From: Obrimoposthia wandeli
Lineage: Eukaryota
Reading direction: 5' to 3'
DNA: 64,000 nucleotides
Assembly: GCA_977020255.1 (NCBI GenBank)
Contig: CDROCS010005826.1
Location: forward strand, 62,001 to 126,000
Part shown: one piece after another, positions 44,707-59,483 of the stretch
How the letters are laid out: every line of letters begins with the position of its first letter
Numbering within the stretch: the first letter of the stretch is position 1
The notes under the pieces: model-generated
What the model was told of the DNA's origin: nothing
The model's input: the letters and a program-made list of their open reading frames with translations, nothing else
Database searches by the model: none
Program-made: the position numbers and the translations under genes

Positions 44707-45328
44707 GTAAGACGTCATATTTTCTTTTCCCCAGAGTCTAAAGCAAGTATTTCGATAAATCTTCCCACATTAGTTATTGATGATCTTGATGAAGTTTTAA
44801 AATTCCAACAAACTTCATTCCGAATTGACATTTCGTAACAACATTTCTAGTTTACGATTCCATATTTTTGAAAAATTGTGTTGTATGTTTTCGAAACTTG
44901 ATATTTGTGATCACAACATTTATAATTAGTTAGTTTGAAAGTATATGTACACCTGTGGAAAGATTTTTTTAAAAACCTTCAATGCCTTGTTGAAAAAGAA
45001 ATAACCTGACCCAATCAAAAGTTTAGATCAAAATCTAAACACATAGATTTTGAAATAAATACTTTATTTTAATTACATTTATCAATTTTTTAAATTACTT
45101 TTACCATGCAAAATTCCACATACATGATAACTAACTGAAAGTTTTGTGAACATTTTCTTAAAATAGAGTTGGTGACATTTACTAGTAGTAACTGCAGTAT
45201 TTTTTCAGTTTTTGGTGTTAAAATGATACTATTAGTGTATGGGTATTCATAATAGTAAATGAAATTGTTTATTAAACTTCAAAACTCTAAAATATTTTTC
45301 ATATAATCGCAATAATTAAAATTCAAAG

Positions 45329-46905
45329 GGTGCGAAATTCGGACTAGTCAAATCGGTTAATTTTATCATCAAATAAATAATTTTTATCATCAAATAAAAA
45401 AAAATAGCAACAGAAAAAAAAAGTTGTGCACAGAAAAATAAACTAGCATCAATTAAATAAATTTGCTAGAAATTAAATAGCTTTTACTACTAATTAAATT
45501 TATATTTGCAACAATAAAAAATCATACTATATGCTTTTTTTTTCAATAGTCAAATCGATCAAATTTATCATCAAATAATTTTTTTTTTCATCAAATTTGT
45601 TACATAATTAGATAAATTAAAAATATTCGATATTATTGGTAAGTTTAATTCATATTTATAATATATTTATGGTTTAGTTATGGATCTAAAACAATTCGTG
45701 TATTCCGATGAAGATATAAATGATGTAGAACCAAAGATTGTTACTAAGAAAGTAACCAGAAAATGTGCTAAGGACTGGACTTTTTTTAAAAACATGCAGT
45801 TGGATGAATATCATGAATACAGAAGCCTTTGGACTGTGACGTGTAATAAATACAATGTTTCCGGTAGGAAGGAATATTACAAATGTAAATATTATCAATG
45901 TTGTATGGAAATGCATTGTCACTTTCTCCCAGAGAGCTATCAAGTGAATATATTCCATTGCGGAAGTCATTCTCATGATAAAGAAAAGCCTCGCGGACTA
46001 ACAAGGGAACAAAAGCTTTTCATTGAAGAAACGTACAATTCTGGAATTACGTTTCCGAATCAAATTTTGAAAACTTTTGAACGATGTTTCATTAAAATTC
46101 CTAAAAAGGATCAATTGAAGTCATACTTGAATAAATATAAGAAGGATAAGTATGGCAATTCAACTTTGTCACTAAGTGAATTGAAAGAAACTTGTGAAAA
46201 GCTTCAGGAAATTCCAATGTGTGACGATGAAGGTTATATTCTGAAATATATGATTAATATAGAAAGTAAAGTTTTCGTCGTGATATTTTCTACGAAACGA
46301 TTGTTGAAATTGGCAGAAAACTGTAACGTTTTACATTGCGATGCTACATATAAAATTATATGGAATGGATTCCCTTTAGTTGTAACTGGATTTACGGATT
46401 TAACTAAAGCTTTTCACCCCATGACAATGAGTGTCATAAGTGACGAAACTCAGATAAATTACGATTTTATATTTTCAGTTCATAAATTGAAATTGTTCAC
46501 TATTATTGAAACTAACAACTGATGATGAAAGGGCTAAATCCATATTTTTGGGTCAAGAGAAAAAACGCGGTCGTCCTAAGAAAGCAACTCGTGCGTTAAT
46601 AATTTCTTAATATTTTAGAAACTAAATTTAAAATAAAATTCTTAAAGTTCTTATGTTTTACGTTATATTCTTCTAAGAAACTAAATTTGATGATGTGATA
46701 CACATTTTAGAAACTAAATTTAAGATGATAAGAAAAGTAAAATTTGATGCTAAAATTATTTTTTAGATGGTGAAAAATAATTAAATATTTGACTGTACTT
46801 TTTATTGTTTTGATGATAAAAAATTCTTTTTTGATGATAAAAAAAAATTAAAATTTGATGCTAAAAGTTACCGTTTTGATGATGCAAAATTATTTCGCGA
46901 AATTC
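45329..46905 (+). mobile_element. Mutator-like (MULE) element, internally deleted
   Basis: ORF 45680..46522 with a Cys/His N-domain and LHCDATYK...GFPL...FHP MULE motif; KRGRPKK C-terminal remnant at about 46560; inverted TTTATCATCAAA subterminal repeats on both sides. Confidence 0.8.
45680..46522 (+). pseudogene. MULE transposase, truncated
   Basis: As above; the second catalytic half is missing. Confidence 0.8.
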
Positions 46906-49900
46906 AAATCATTTCCTACATTTATAACATTACTTTACAGCCTCTACTTTATTCAAACAAATCACATTCCTTTTTAACAGTTACTAATTTTATAATTTTT
47001 ATTATATTTATTTAGAAGGTTCTAATACAACCTTCCTCAGAAATCTGACTTCTCAACAAGTTACCAAGTGGGTAAAAAAATCCAAATCCAGTTTAGTGAA
47101 GTAGTGAAGTTTCCAGCCATGAGTAGCATCCAACATTGTATTAGTTCCTATCGACAAGTTGCTGGAATTCTACTGGGAAATAAAATTATATTCTCTCAAT
47201 CTATATAACGTCATATTTTTCACTCCATATTCACATTAAAAGACATATTTAAAATAAAACATTTACCCAAATATTCAGTACATCAGAAAAATAAAACACG
47301 ATACCCAAATGTGGTAAAAGTAAGGATATCTAACTGTTAAAAAGAAAATTGAAAGTATTGAAATAGTAACACAATATAACCTCTAAGCGTGGTACACTAA
47401 GAAATTTACAAAAAACACAAAACACATTCATAAAAAATATCTTATAACAGAACATAAATAAAATTTTATACATTTTTAGATATGAAAAAAATAAGAACTA
47501 CCAAACAACATGTCAATATTCAATCTCACCTTTTACCTTCCAAAGACACATGTCCTCAAAGCGGTACTCAACCCAAAATTAAACCCTTTTGACACCAAGA
47601 ATAGAATAAAATTAGTGAAAAAAATTAGTCCACCCAATAGTTATTTTTCCTCCTTGATCTTGCATTTAAATTTGGTGGTGTGAATTTTGTGAGAATATAA
47701 TGATAAAAGTTTAGAAAGTTGATGTAAATTGTTGTAAATTGATTGAGTAAAACAAAACCTAAGCATATCAATAATTAATTTACTACAGGAAATTAGGGAC
47801 AGGATTCTCGGAACTCAAAGTAAATATTAAAAATTAAAATATTTTGCAGTTAAATTAATATATAAAATAAATTTATTAATTGTACATTTTAATTATTATT
47901 ATTGTAATGACAACAAATCGATATCAATAAATTGATTCAAGATACTATTTATTATAAAAGATGTATTCTCTCACAAAAGCCAAAATATGTATATGATATT
48001 TTCGAGCCCGATGCAGTGAGTAATGATGATGACTTCAAATTGATTATGAAATACTCAAAAACAAATAGATTGATGGAATATTTGGAATTTATGCTCTGAA
48101 ACTTTACGACAATCTATTGATGGATATAAAAAACTGTAAAAATGTTCAAAAATCTTAGAAACAGCTGAAGATTTTACTATTCAGACTATTACGAAGTAAA
48201 ATGGAAAACAGGAAGCACTTTTAAGTAATAAATCGTAGATTTATTAGATAATAGCTCTGTATTAATTATATTATTTTTAAAATTATTTATAATATATTTA
48301 AATTTCTAGTTATTAAAGTATAATTTTGAAACGTCGAATGTAAAAATGCGGATGGGGAAAATATTTAATGCGACAGATATAATAGCGAATTATTAATCAT
48401 TCGAAAACTGAGTCAATGTCGACGACGAACTTTATCAACCTGGGTCTATAAAGCGACTTCAATCGAAGAGGAAATCAAGGGATGAAAGTGAAGAAAATAT
48501 TACATTGTCTAAGCGATAGCGTAGAAGATGTAATTTACATAACAAATCTAGACTCAAAGCGTCAGTGCATATTAATGTAATAGACAAACGGAATATGAAA
48601 TAATTTTGCCGACATCAATATAAAAGCATTAAATGAAATAAATTTATTTATGTCACTTATTACTGTTTGTATAATGAAATATATATATTATTTATAATCG
48701 TTGTATTAAATAAATGGGCTATTGTTATTGACTAAATATATTTGTCCACATTTTTGACAAGAGGTACACAACAACTTAATATGAAAAAAACTAGGAGCTA
48801 TCCAAAGGGTAATCGGGAGAGTATAGAAACAGAAAAATGCACATACGGTCGAACATTTAACTATTTTGAGTAAAGCCTGGCTGTGTGTTTAGTATGGATA
48901 TCAAAGTTGAGTGACAATTATGGAATGACTCTTGAAATTCCGACAATGCTCTTTCTAAGTCGTTCCCTTTCCTCGATATTTGGTCTCATATTGATTGGAA
49001 GTTGAACAATCTGTAACTGCATTGAATTATGAAATTATCTCATTCAGCTTATCTCAAATTATGAGTGATCATGGAGAAAATTGAAACTAATTGAATGTTT
49101 TCATTTCAATATAGTTTAACAAAGAATCTCTATGATGAGTCTGATTACGGAAATATTCTCCAAATAAATTTAATACAAGTTACATTCTTCATAGCTTTAG
49201 TATATAAAAATTCCTTTAAATATATGAGTTAAGTTTGAATTTGTGATAAAAAAGATTGTGCCGAATGTTAAAGATGTTTGTAAGATGTAAAATAAACAAA
49301 TAATTCGTCATAATATTTGCCTATTAATGTAGCTATTTCTAATTTTAAAACACGATTTTTAACGTAATAAAACATAAAAAAATCCGTAATATAGTTACAG
49401 TTTCTTAATAAGTGTAAGAACCTTTATTAAAAGGAGATTGCCAAATCAGCAACTCTGATCAGTTATAATCACTGTTAATGACAAACTATTGTAAAGCTTG
49501 AATGTATACAACAGGCAAACACGGTATTCTCTCTTTGATATAGAATGACCAGCCTTCAATTTCGTCATTTCAACTCAAATTAATCGAAATTAGAATTTCT
49601 TTTGCTAGAAGTTTATACAAATACGTAGATGAGATAAAAATCAAATTATTTTAATCAAGGAGTATTTTACACGAAATTTGAACATTTTTCAGCTGTCACT
49701 GTTGTTCAACCGTTCAGTTCTTCAGCCTACTTTGTTTCTAAATAATTTATTTATAACATTCACTGATTTGTTTATAAATACTTATCATCTGTTTCTATAA
49801 CTTGTTTCTGGTCCCTCAAATTTATTTTCACGTTTACTTTTTATTTATCTTTTTTTTATCCTTCACGAAAAGATTGTGTATATTGATTTACTTTTTGGTC

Positions 49901-50490
49901 CATTTATTTCTATTCCTATCTTTGTAAAATGACCTACCAAAATTTTATCTGAGGATTTTCGCCGTAACATTTTATTTTGAAAAGTTGTATTTAACTTCAA
50001 TTTCACTTCTAGTTCAATTTTTATGATTTTTTTTCTTTCAGAATTATTAGTTTATCATCATTAATACTACTGAATTATCATTCAATCTATCAATTTTGTA
50101 GAATAATGACACAATCTTGAATAATATTATAATATTACTTACCTTTTTACCATATGTGCTCCACAGTAGGGATATGTGAGGGTTCTAAACCAGTACTCGT
50201 AAGACAAATCAGCAAAAGAGTTCAAACATACATGTTTGCAGCAAATATAGTTTTAACGAATTATTTTTTAAAATTTCGTTGTTATGTAATTATTTTAACT
50301 GATGTAACTTTTCACTTAAAAAAAACTTGTACAACTCAGATAGAAATTAAATTTGTTCAGATGCATATGTTTTTATTTCTGATATAACCATTTTTGAAAC
50401 TTATAAACATTTATTGGCTGATATTAATTGGTTTTGAATATTTTGTGAATAATTTCGGTGATTTTATTATAAATAGCTACATATATTATA

Positions 50491-51788
50491 CAGGGTGCGG
50501 AGAAAGTTTCCGGTCGAATTTTGGAAATTGAATTAAAGATATTATTATTTAACTAAATTTATCCATTTTTGGCTTATTTTGTTTGTAGATACATATATTT
50601 ATATGTTTCAGATCCAAATTTCCTAAAATTTAATTTGCATTTGTTTAAAATGAGTAAACGTGAGGCCATTATCCAACTTCATTGCGCGGGAAAGACGAAC
50701 CCAGAGATTGTTAAGATCTTAAAAAGCTCCAAAATCAACAGTTCGGGATGCAGTAAACCGATACAAAGAACTTGGGACATCAGACGATCGTCCCAGAAGT
50801 GGATGCCCCCGAACTGCTCGCTTTTAGCCAAAATAAAGGCCGTTAGGGAGCGAATAAGGAGGAACCCCAAACGAAGAATGAGGAAAATGGCCAAGGACTT
50901 CAAAGTTGACGAAAAAACTGTCAGAACAATTGTCAAAGATGATCTCAAGTTATCCCCTTTCAAGATGACAAACAGACAACAACTGACGGAATTGCAAAAA
51001 CAGAAGAGGGTCGAAAGAGTAAGATTCTCCTGAACCGAAAGAAGGATGGCACGGATGCTGCGGTAATTGTCTTTTCTGATGAAAAAATGTTCACTGTTGA
51101 GGCCCAGTTCAACTTGCAGAACGACATAATTTTAGCTAAGAGTGCTGATAGCATTCCCAGTTTGGTAAAATCCGTTTACCGTCGCCAAAAACCTAGCTCG
51201 GTAATGGTATGGGCTGCCATCTCTGAGAATTGGAGATCCTCTCTCATTTTTGTTAAAGAGGGTGCCAAAGTTAACGCAAACTCGTACATCCCGGATATTT
51301 TGACTCCAACCCATGTTGAAATGAAGAAACATTTCAAAAATGACCCTTTCACATTCCAACAGGACGGTGCGCCCTCTCACACTGCGAACAAAACTCAGGA
51401 CTGGTGTGAGAATCACTTTCCAGCTTTCTGGAGGAAGGAATTGTGGCCTCCTTCATCACCTGACTTGAACCCTCTGGACTTTTGTGTCTGGTCCATCTTG
51501 GAGAGAGAGGCCTGCGCTACAGCCCATGATAACACAGAAGCTTTGAAGAAGTCTCTTAAGCGGGAATGGGCCAAAATTCCCCAGGAATCCTTTCGTGCCG
51601 CAGTGAAGAGCTTCAGGGGGAGACTTGAGCGTGTAATTGAAGCCAAAGGCGGCCAAATTGAAAATTAGATAGTATAAATGTTAAATAGAGCCCTAACAAA
51701 TTGTGTGTGTTATTTTTTGTTTAATTTCAACCTTTATTAGTTGTTAAATTTAACGTTTTATGAGATCGGGGACTTTCTCCGCACCCTG
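50491..51788 (+). mobile_element. Tc1/mariner DD37D (maT/mori) element, full length
   Basis: TIR CAGGGTGCGGAGAAAGT at both ends with TA duplication. Transposase 50650-51668 has FSDE, QQDGAPSH and SPDLNPLD with 37 residues between D2 and D3; a few frameshifts. Confidence 0.95.
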
Positions 51789-54700
51789 TATATGAATAGA
51801 ATTTTTCAATGTTATCATTTTTTATTTTAAAGTCTGTGTATGGGAATTGATATAGAAGATAAGATTAGAGAAAATAATCTATATCGAACAATTTATATAC
51901 ATAGATTACATTTGTACAATGGAGATACAGAAACATTGTATTGTGTTTTGGATGAAACGAAAAAGTAAGTTTCAAAGAATATATTTCTTCAGTTGAGATT
52001 AACAATCCTACTGTGTCAAAAGGATATATATTTTCCTATTAATATTGCTTTATCATATGTGAAAATGGAGGTCAATGTGCATATATCAAATAAATAATTG
52101 CGTATGTTATTCTTACCTACTTAGGAAATAGTATAGGAAATTTGGTTGAATACATAAAAATTATATTAAACAATAAATTTAATACATGGCGTGATCTGCG
52201 ATTTTCACCAAATGGAGCATCATATGATTTGATGTGTCGGGTTTGACTGGTTCACAGTTTGTCTTTTATATTATAAAAAATTTACAATTTGTCTTCTGGA
52301 TCTCATATGCATTCTATACGAGTATACATTCATTATGACAAAATTCACTTTTGAAGAAAGTATTAATCTTAAAAAATAAAAATTTGTGTAGGTGAATATG
52401 CTTTAAACTGCATCTTTCTCTAAGGAATATAATTAAGTGAAAATAGAAATTACAATCGGGGTTTTCGACTTCAAATGTTACTGATAATATAAAGAATTCA
52501 CAATTCCTGCCTCACATTCAAACTATTGTAATTAAATTTTTGTCTTGATGAACATTTTAAAGTAATGATTGAAACTTTATGATGATGAATACTATGTTTC
52601 GACTTATATACTATTAGGGTAATAGAGAATTTCATTGCAAGTATTTTGGTGTCTAACTCGTCGGCATGCGATTTGTAAAAGTACATTAAATCGCTCAGGA
52701 TTTAGTGAGGAATTATTTTTTTAGTACAACGAAGAGAAGAAAGAAAGTGAGGGATACCGGTATAAAACGGTAAAATTTCTATAGTCTCCATATTTCAACA
52801 TCAATTCATTACAGCTATATTTTCATTTTCATAGCTCGCCATTTGTACGAAATATTTGCCTTAGTCGACGATAAATTGAGTTAGGCTAAATCTCAAAATA
52901 AGAATATATTAATCATAACGCAACTTTGAGCTGATCAGCTTGACGTATTATATCGGGAAATCTTTTGTCGTTACTGAAACCCAAGCACTCGAGCATACAG
53001 ATATTAATTTAACAATCCAGAACATTCTAAATCACACAAACTAACATGGATTAGAAAACATGTAGGTTATATTATTATTTCATCTTTAGCCACTCTTTAT
53101 TTCTTATAATTTTATGTTTATCTTTGTAGTTGAGTTCATAAAAACTATTGTACATGATTTTCAATATTTTATAAGGTACAATACATTGGATTTATTTCTC
53201 ATGTCTAATTTTACCATTAATTCAAATCCAATCATACACCATCTATGTATTTTTTTTTACATTTTGTTTCTTTTTCGTTTTAATTCAAATATTTTGAATT
53301 AATTTAGAAAGCTTCTTTTCTCCGTTGAAGTTTTTGGGATTCTCGATCTGTTTATCATTGAATTTTCTTCGTATACTAATTCATATGGGAAGTCGAACTA
53401 TGTAAACAAATTTTACTTTTAGTTTGAGATTGAGCTATAATTTATTATACATTCTATACAATCTGTGACAGTTCTAAATTACTGTTCAATTTTTCCACCT
53501 GATAGATAATGATATACTCTGTAATAAACTAACTGTATTCTAAGATTTTCAGCTAATTTTAAGATTTGATTTATGTGTTTTTCTTTTGTCTAAATAAATA
53601 TATTTCTAGGCATGTTTTAAAATTAACATATTTTTAAAATGTTAGCTGTTATTTGTGTGATTAGAAATTTGTTTAAATACGTATAAAAGAGACGAAGGCG
53701 TAGATTTGAATAAAACTACATATTGGATTTGTGATTTAGTCTAATATGTTAGTGTTCGAGTTCGTATTCTTACTGTTGGTATTACAAGCTATTACAACCG
53801 AGAATTAATGGCATCAATAGTTTCTTCATAGGGGTATGAAATTGTCACTTGCAATTATAATAAAAATTATTTCCCCCTATTTTCTGGAATAATTTATTTT
53901 TTATTTTTACCATTACAGTCATAATGCATATTTTTTATTTATTGTTATATAGACAAAAATCTACATATACTAACTCAAACATTTAGCACCATCAATTTGT
54001 GTATTGTGTTGTATTGGGTAGTTTTTTGTTGTCCTGGTGAAGTCAATAAACTATAATTCCTAACATCAAGTTTATTTATTGTAATTTAAATATATTTAAA
54101 ACTGCTATTTTTATCTTTAAATTCAACATTAAAATTATTTAAAATTCCTTATTTATTGTAATTTAAATAGAAAAATAAAGAATTTCAAATAATTTTAATT
54201 TTGAATTTAAAGATAAAAATGGCAGACTAAATATATTTGACTTATAACTTCACTAAATTTCAACAATATCTCATGCCATAATTTAAATAGCAAGGCTTGT
54301 CTAATTCATTCCCAGTTGCTTTCCTTATTTTGAACGGTTTAATTTAATAATCAGACTTTGAGAATGGCTATCTCAGCCTATAGATAATGAGAGAACAATT
54401 TAACTCTATCAACTAATGTAAAAAAATCGTTAGGTAATTCAATTTAAAAACAAATTATATCACAGAAAGCATTTCTTTACAAATGATTTAATATGAGTAA
54501 AATGTGAAAAAGTTCAAAAAGTGCCCTCAGTAACGAATTTTAAAGAATATCTGATTACATACTAATGTTTTGTGAAGGTTTTTCATTAATTTGAATTTAT
54601 ATTTATTCTAACGAAAATAGTTAAATTTTATTAATGAAAAACTCAGATGTTCTCTTTAATCAACTGTAAAGTCTTTTGTTATTAATAAATATTTTTCCCT

Positions 54701-56346
54701 TGAATTTTTAATTAAACCTTTACAACTGATTTAAATTTGTTTTAGATAGTTACTATAGTCAGTAGCGTGTTTTATATTTATAGTAAAACTGTTTATAATA
54801 ATAAATGCGAAGGGAATATGATCAAGAAAATGTTCACATTTAATTTAATTTTTAAAATGCATTTTCTCAGTTTTCGAGATAACAATATAGCTATATCAGG
54901 AAAATTTGATCTAAGATTTTTTATAAGCTTTTGATACGGTACGATGTAGAAATACAATATACGAGAAACCAATCAAATTGTTTCGATTATTTGTGAAAGA
55001 TGACAAATTATAAGTTTTTCTCGATAGTTTTAAGATGAATTTAAAGAACTGTGTTTCAACAGGCTGATGCGACCATTCATAAGCCTAACAAACAATAGAA
55101 ATTTTGATTAATTACATTTAGAATGATTTTCCATGGTCAACCAACTTTTAGAACCATTTCGAATTCAACTTTTTTACTGCTTTGCATTGTCAATGGTGGA
55201 TATTTTGAACAATTTGATTAATCTCTTGTATTTGTCAATACAATCATCAATGTTGGAATGAATTTGTCTATTAATAACTATTTTATAATTGATAAAAAAG
55301 TGTGCTACTCTCTGTGTGTCATACAGTATAATAATTCACATAATCATCAATATCTTTAAGGGAAATATAAATCATATGTAGATAAAATTCTAATTGATAA
55401 TAAACTATAAAGAATAAATTGAGAACCACAACTGCCACAATGGATACCGCTTTACACGCGCATGTGACCTTAATTTTGTTTACAGCTATCCAATTTATCA
55501 TTATTCTTTTTTCTGCTCTGCAGTTACGTGGAGGGATGCATGAGCTAGAGTAACGTCTATTTCCTCGAGAAGTGCTCTCTCACAGCTCAACACACATGAG
55601 GAGGATGATGGGATTTGACGGCTAGACTATACAATCCTTCGTCTCAAGGGACAATCTTGCGGTTTGATTTCGCTCAAATTGCCCGAAAATTCCGATTTGT
55701 TGACCATTGAGCTAGGAACTAGGTCAAGTAGTTGATGCACCAGGATCAAGTTAGTGGTAGAGGGACCGCCGTTAGGTGTCGTTGGCTATTATGAAACCAA
55801 ATACGAACAAGATTTTCTTCTATTGTCGTAACTAGATTACAGCAAATAATTGGACGACCTCACACTTGTTAGTTCTTGTTCATAAATGTCATTTCTTGCC
55901 ATAGTTAATGATTATTTTTGTCTGTTTAGTTGTTAAAAAGACAGTTTAAGTTGCAAGTAGTGAAATATGTTTTTAAATTTTTAAATTTTCTTTTGTCCAT
56001 AGAAATGCTCCATAAAGTTTTTTTCAAAATTGTTTTTGAGAATAAAATTTCTGATTTATAAACCACAATTTTCTTTCAGGATGTCATTAAAAATCTGGAC
56101 AATTTTATTTTTGTTGTATATATTTGTTAATGAAACTTTCACACAACATTGAATTATTTTATTATTATTTGCCATTCCTTTTTACATTCATAATATTTTT
56201 CATAAATTGTTTGAAGAGGTTTGATTATTTTATACTAAATCTTTAAATAGTTTGTATTCAATTTCAAAACTTTGTATTGGGCACAGAGACTTTATTGTGC
56301 AACCGGATTTTGTTCGTTATACACCATGTTTTCTAAAAGTATCATA

Positions 56347-57572
56347 CATGGTGTGATCCAAATTGTCCCGGACTAATTAAGAAAGAATAAAAGAATTAAA
56401 AAACAAAATTATTTTTATTCAATATATGAACCGTTTACATCAGCAATTTTATTCCAACGATTAAGAACTTACCTGAAGGCTTTTGAAAAGAAAGCTTCGT
56501 CTTGAGAGTCAAACAAGGTGGTAACTGCTTCCTTAATCTCTTTATAATCTCTAAACTTAATACCTCTAAAAATCTTTTTCATCCCCTGGAATAGATAAAA
56601 GTCGCTAGGAGCGTTATATGGGCTTTATGGAGGATGTGGTAGAAATTCACATTTACAGTTGACTATTGTCTCTAAAGTTTTCTTAACCGTATGGATTGGT
56701 GCATTATCATGCAATAACCACAAAGGATCTTTTTTTCTTGTAACTTTTGAGCTTCCTTTAAGATTTCACAATAATATTCAGCATTAATTGTACACGACTT
56801 CTCTAAGAAATCTCACTTTAAAACTCCTTTATTATTCCAAAAAGAACAGAAAGCATCAATTGTCGTCTTTGAGAACTTCCCGTCTTTAACTTTTTGGGTG
56901 CTGGTTCATCCTTATCTTTCCATTAAGACTGCATATAAAGGAGTTTCATCTTCTGTAATTATAATGTTCCAGAACACATCACTATATTGTTAATAAACCT
57001 TTAAACATTCAGAAGCACAAGTCATTCTTCTTTCTTTCATTTCAGGAGTCAAAAAACAGGAACAAACTTTGAAAACACTTTTCTGTATCCCATATTATTC
57101 TTTGGTACGACATATCTAATGTTATCTCACTGAGTTTTCTAATTGTTGTTCTTTGATTCTGCAAAATGAGAACATTACACAAATCTTCTTTATTGGCAGA
57201 AATATCACTAGGACGACCAACTCCAGATTAATCTTATTCGACATCTTTTCTTACATGCTTTAATTCCGCAATCCAATAATATATTGTTGTTCTTTTAGAG
57301 CACTCATCTTTATATGCATGCTTTAAATCTTTAAATATTTCTTCTTTCGAAAAATTCTTTAATATTTAAAACCTTATTACCGATCCATACTCAATTTTCT
57401 TTATTTTTCTTTACAATTTAACTTATAAGCCTAAAATTTAGATTATAATCAATAAATTAAAAATAAAAGTACTTTTAGTTACTATTAATAAACCTTCTAT
57501 TTACACGATAAAAATTATCACAATCAATTGTTTCTTTCTTAATTAGTTCGGGACATTTTGGATCATACCATG
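56347..57572 (-). mobile_element. mariner (DD34D-type) element, degraded
   Basis: About 41-bp TIRs (CATGGTGTGATCCAAATTGTCCCGGACTAATTAAGAAAGAA, 3 mismatches) with TA duplication; minus-strand IITxDET, LHDNAPIHT and HPPxSPxxAPSDFYLF relics. Confidence 0.9.
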
Positions 57573-59483
57573 TATACAATATAGTCCCGCTATAACGAAC
57601 CATGTTTATAACATTCTGCTTCCCGGCTCCAAACTGAATCTATATAAAAATACATTAAATGATACTTTAACTATAACAAATTTTCCTATAAAATACTTCG
57701 GATAAGCCTTATTTATTAAAGATTTTTACAATGTTTATAACGTGTTTTTGTTTCTAACTTTCTTATTGGATAGTCCTATGTTTTAAAGTGTTCTAAAATG
57801 TATCGTTTTATTTAAAACTCATTTACAATTCGATTAAAATTAAATAAAAAAATTAATAATACCATTTGAAATTTATACAATAATGAAATAAAAAATAAAT
57901 AAAAAACAATAAGTAATACAATTTATTTAAATAATGTTATATCAAATAGATTAAACATCTTATAAAGTGGCCAAAAGAAACATACTGACATTTGATTTCA
58001 AATCTGCGTTTTTATTGAAAACAATTAAAGAAACTCAAGTTTAAGTTGCTAACTAAATCAATTGACAAAGAGCCTTGTATCAACGAACTGAATTATCCGG
58101 GAAATTATAAAATTGCGAAGGCTGATTTCTGGTGATGTAGAAGATTCCGAGATATTGTGGTTGAAACAAGCTGTCCAGTTTGTTGAACAATTTCGTCTGG
58201 GAAATTCAAGACATCACTTCAAATCAAACATAGGATTGTTCAAGTGGCGACGACAGTGAAGAAATAACCCTACCGCTTACAACTCTTTGTAAAACAATGA
58301 TAGCGTTATCGATGTTATAACCATATGACGCGTCAACCGAGTAATCTGATGATATTAGACTTCTCGAATCTCTAGATAAATGAGATCCTCTTTATTTCAA
58401 GCTGCAGTTTTCAAATCAGTTCAGAAAAAATCACTGACTGTCTGATTCGAATGTAAGTGAATATCATATTGTTTTTTATTATAATCTTAATTGCTTTACA
58501 AATTATTTTATATACTATGTCTGCAACGTACAATATTAACCTATTAAAACCCCTTAAAACTAAAAAGTCCACCTCCTATAATGTTCTAAATTGTTGTGTC
58601 TTGGAGTACGTTACAGTGGGATTATATTGTATTATATGATACATCGTTTCTTAAAAAGTTAAACATAAAATATAGCCCAAATCTTTAGTGATGATAAACG
58701 AAAACGAAATTTATTTTACCCCCATATGTTCGTCTGAATTTGAAGCACTAAAATATAAACATTTTATTTCATGTAGTTTACGTTGAAATTTGAATATTTA
58801 TAAGTTTAAAAAAATTTAATTAAAAACCTTACTTTTTTCTTTCAAAATACTGAAATAATTAAATATTTAAACAAATAATTTTCCTTAAATCGGTTAATTT
58901 TTAGCCAAACCGAAGCCTGTTTATAACCTTTGCATTATTTCTAAGTAACTTATAAAAGTATTTATGAATCACTAAACATATTGATGCCATTATAGCTCGT
59001 AAACAAGTTCAGAACTGGGTCATTGGAGGACTCGTCAAATTTTGACAATAATTGTCTGATGGAAGAAAACAAAGGCAACGTTGCTGAAACAAATGTGTCA
59101 TTTATGTAGACAGGAAGTGTGATTTGGAGATTGTCTTCTGGGGAGTTGAAAAGATTCATTTCGTCTTGTTGACACCATCAGCTTTTATGAACAAGATATA
59201 GTCAAATGTTGCTAAATGCTGAAAGGTTTTCGTTATCTTCTAAACAATAAGACAAAGAATCAATATATTTTTTTGTGCTTTTTACAAAAAGGAATTACTC
59301 TAAAATTTCTACTTAGCGTGCACTTAAAATAAGTAAATAAAAATACAATACATTGAATTTTATTATAAATAGGCTATGTGCATTATACATCATTTGAACT
59401 GGTCTAATACTTTGAAAATTCAATTTTTTTAACTTCTATTGACTTCTATGACTTTGAATGTTGACCTTGAAACGCTTGTTGAC

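Noticed and set aside
47000-50480. Coding or structured elements in 47-50.5 kb and 52-56 kb
   Set aside because: Only short AT-rich ORFs without motifs or repeats I could verify; treated as intronic or intergenic.
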